A stretch of 63,752 bases of DNA, the filler included, from Lama guanicoe (lineage: Eukaryota), in assembly GCA_013239625.1 (NCBI GenBank). It is 181 parts of 181 records of this genome, joined end to end, with 100 filler letters (N's around TTAATTAATTAA, not from the genome) between each part and the next. Parts side by side here need not be neighbours in the genome. Positions count along the whole stretch, not along the records: positions 61,735 to 61,987 come from PNXV01048889.1; positions 62,088 to 62,340 come from PNXV01048890.1; positions 62,441 to 62,693 come from PNXV01048891.1; positions 62,794 to 63,046 come from PNXV01048892.1; positions 63,147 to 63,399 come from PNXV01048893.1; positions 63,500 to 63,752 come from PNXV01048894.1; 175 more parts are not named here. One strand, written 5' to 3'. Every line of letters starts with the position of its first letter. Position 1 is the stretch's first letter. The notes below the pieces were generated by a model, which did not search any database, was not told where the DNA came from, and worked only from the letters and a program-made list of their open reading frames with translations. The translations under genes were made by a program, and so were the position numbers. Below, piece after piece: positions 61,907 to 63,752 of the stretch.

Positions 61907-61987
61907 GAGGTGAGTTGACTTGCCAATGACATTCTATTTTCTAGCTCTTCCAGGTATAGTCGTTTGTATTTTTCCCATTTTTTTTTT
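61907..61987 (-). CDS. ANKRD26-family coiled-coil exon 3' end (gene or pseudogene)
   Basis: KKKWEKYKRLYLEELENRMSLASQLT followed by a phase-2 donor GTAAGT (61906-61901); resembles ANKRD26 ELEKYKQLYLEELKVRKSLSSKLTK as recalled. Confidence 0.72.
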
Positions 61988-62087
61988 NNNNNNNNNNNNN
62001 NNNNNNNNNNNNNNNNNNNNNNNNNNNNNNNTTAATTAATTAANNNNNNNNNNNNNNNNNNNNNNNNNNNNNNNNNNNNNNNNNNNN

Positions 62088-62340
62088 GGCCATTCTGACT
62101 GGTATGAGGTGATATCTCATTGTAGTTTTGATTTGCTTTTCTCTAACAATTAGTGTTGTTGAGCATCTTTTCATGTGCTTGTTGGCCATCTGTCTTCTTT
62201 GGAGAAATGTCTACTTAGGTCTTCTGCCAATTTTTTGATTGGGTTGCTTGTTTATTTGATATTAAGGTGTATGAGCTGTTAGTGTATTTTAGAAATTAGT
62301 CCCTTGTCGGTTGCATCATTTGCAAATATTTCTCCCATTC
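62088..62340 (-). mobile_element. L1 ORF2 C-terminal fragment
   Basis: GCCATTCTGACTGGTATGAGGTGATATCTCATTGTAGTTTTGATTTGC. Confidence 0.95.
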
Positions 62341-63154
62341 NNNNNNNNNNNNNNNNNNNNNNNNNNNNNNNNNNNNNNNNNNNNTTAATTAATTAANNNN
62401 NNNNNNNNNNNNNNNNNNNNNNNNNNNNNNNNNNNNNNNNTTTTTTGTTGGGTGGTCACTGATTCTGCTTGTGTAGTTTTTAAAAGATGCCCATTTTTTA
62501 ATGTGTATTATCAGATTAAGTTCCTACAAAAAACTTCTATATGAAATACATGTCCTCGTTTTTTAGAAAACTAAGGCTCAGAGAAGATATTTTTCATCCA
62601 ATATTTCAGACTGAGAGGTCAATGACTTGCTAAGATTGCCCTGCGAATACACAGTAAAAGCAGGTTAAGGATATTGTTGGTTTATTCATGAATNNNNNNN
62701 NNNNNNNNNNNNNNNNNNNNNNNNNNNNNNNNNNNNNTTAATTAATTAANNNNNNNNNNNNNNNNNNNNNNNNNNNNNNNNNNNNNNNNNNNNAAATAAA
62801 TAGAGAAGATAGTATAATGAATGAACATCCATATCCCCACCATACAGTTTTTTTTCCCCCTCTCGTGTCTAAAATTGGGTATGGGGTCACCCTGCTACTC
62901 ACCAGAATCTTTCTTTCATTTGTTGTGATGCTTGTGGGATAGGCCTTACATCTTTTTCTGTTTTGTTAGTGTTGGTAAATCCTTTGCTAGGTTTTATATT
63001 TTTTAAATTTTATTTTGGTTCATGTTCATTATATTAGGTGGTAGGTNNNNNNNNNNNNNNNNNNNNNNNNNNNNNNNNNNNNNNNNNNNNTTAATTAATT
63101 AANNNNNNNNNNNNNNNNNNNNNNNNNNNNNNNNNNNNNNNNNNNNGCCTGTCT

Positions 63155-63308
63155 AGGGCAGGAAACTATATTCAATACTTTGTAGTAATCTATAAGAAAA
63201 AAAGGAATATGGAACCAAGTATGTGTGTGTATGCGTATGAGTGAAACAGCACACACACGTTGAAACTGACACATTGTAAACTGACTACACTTCAATGAAA
63301 ACAAAAAG
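63155..63308 (+). mobile_element. Lineage-specific L1 3' end
   Basis: AACTATATTCAATACTTTGTAGTAA...GACACATTGTAAACTGACTACACTTCAA. Confidence 0.85.
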
Positions 63309-63752
63309 TTTGTAGGTGGAGCAGGTGGAGGCAGAGCAAATCGAGATGTAACTGGGGTTCCTCAGGTCCCACAGGTGGGCTCTCCTGATGTGGTCACCTN
63401 NNNNNNNNNNNNNNNNNNNNNNNNNNNNNNNNNNNNNNNNNNNTTAATTAATTAANNNNNNNNNNNNNNNNNNNNNNNNNNNNNNNNNNNNNNNNNNNNA
63501 TTTGAGTTATCTGAGCCGTGGAGGCACCAGGAACTGTCCACAGAGCAGCGATCGGGGAACCCTGCTGGGGTCTCATGGGAGGCAGGGAAACCGGCCCGTA
63601 CGGCAGAGGAGAGATACAGTGCGCATGCTCATTACTGCTCGCCTCCCATCGTCCCTCGTTGTGTAGTGTGTGCAGCTCGTTCTGGGTGCCGAAGTGTTCG
63701 CACCACGTCTCACTGTCTGGCCTGTTTCTACTCGGCTGCGATCAGCTGGTAG

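Noticed and set aside
63620..63631. NRF1 site TGCGCATGCTCA
   Set aside because: Imperfect single motif with no context

Overview
This window is not contiguous genome. It is an artificial concatenation of 181 unrelated tiny contigs (41 of 252 bp and 140 of 253 bp, roughly size-sorted). They are joined by 180 identical 100-bp linkers (N44-TTAATTAATTAA-N44), a palindrome with stops in all six frames, so neighbouring pieces carry no synteny, and ORF-track entries ending in XXX/LIN simply run into the linker. The DNA is placental-mammal genomic sequence, most likely camelid (camel/alpaca/llama): it carries several tRNA-Ala(AGC)-derived SINE copies of the camelid Vic-1 type and cetartiodactyl-type L1 3' ends, and I saw no Alu, Bov-A/BovB, PRE-1 or SINEC. 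The recognisable content is mostly decayed transposable elements (L1, L2, MIR, Tigger1/2, MER5A, MER20, MER21, MLT1, LTR16, ERV-L, ERV1-type LTRs). Coding-like pieces are a betaretroviral pro-pol junction (10561-10812, -), an open tandem C2H2 zinc-finger segment (18321-18569, -), an ANKRD26-like exon with its donor site (61907-61987, -) and a few unassigned exon candidates. Two contigs (43732-43984 and 44438-44690) look like the two arms of an assembly bubble. I cannot support any novel multi-gene system here, and the regular repeat is not a CRISPR array. All family calls come from remembered consensus sequences, not from searches.
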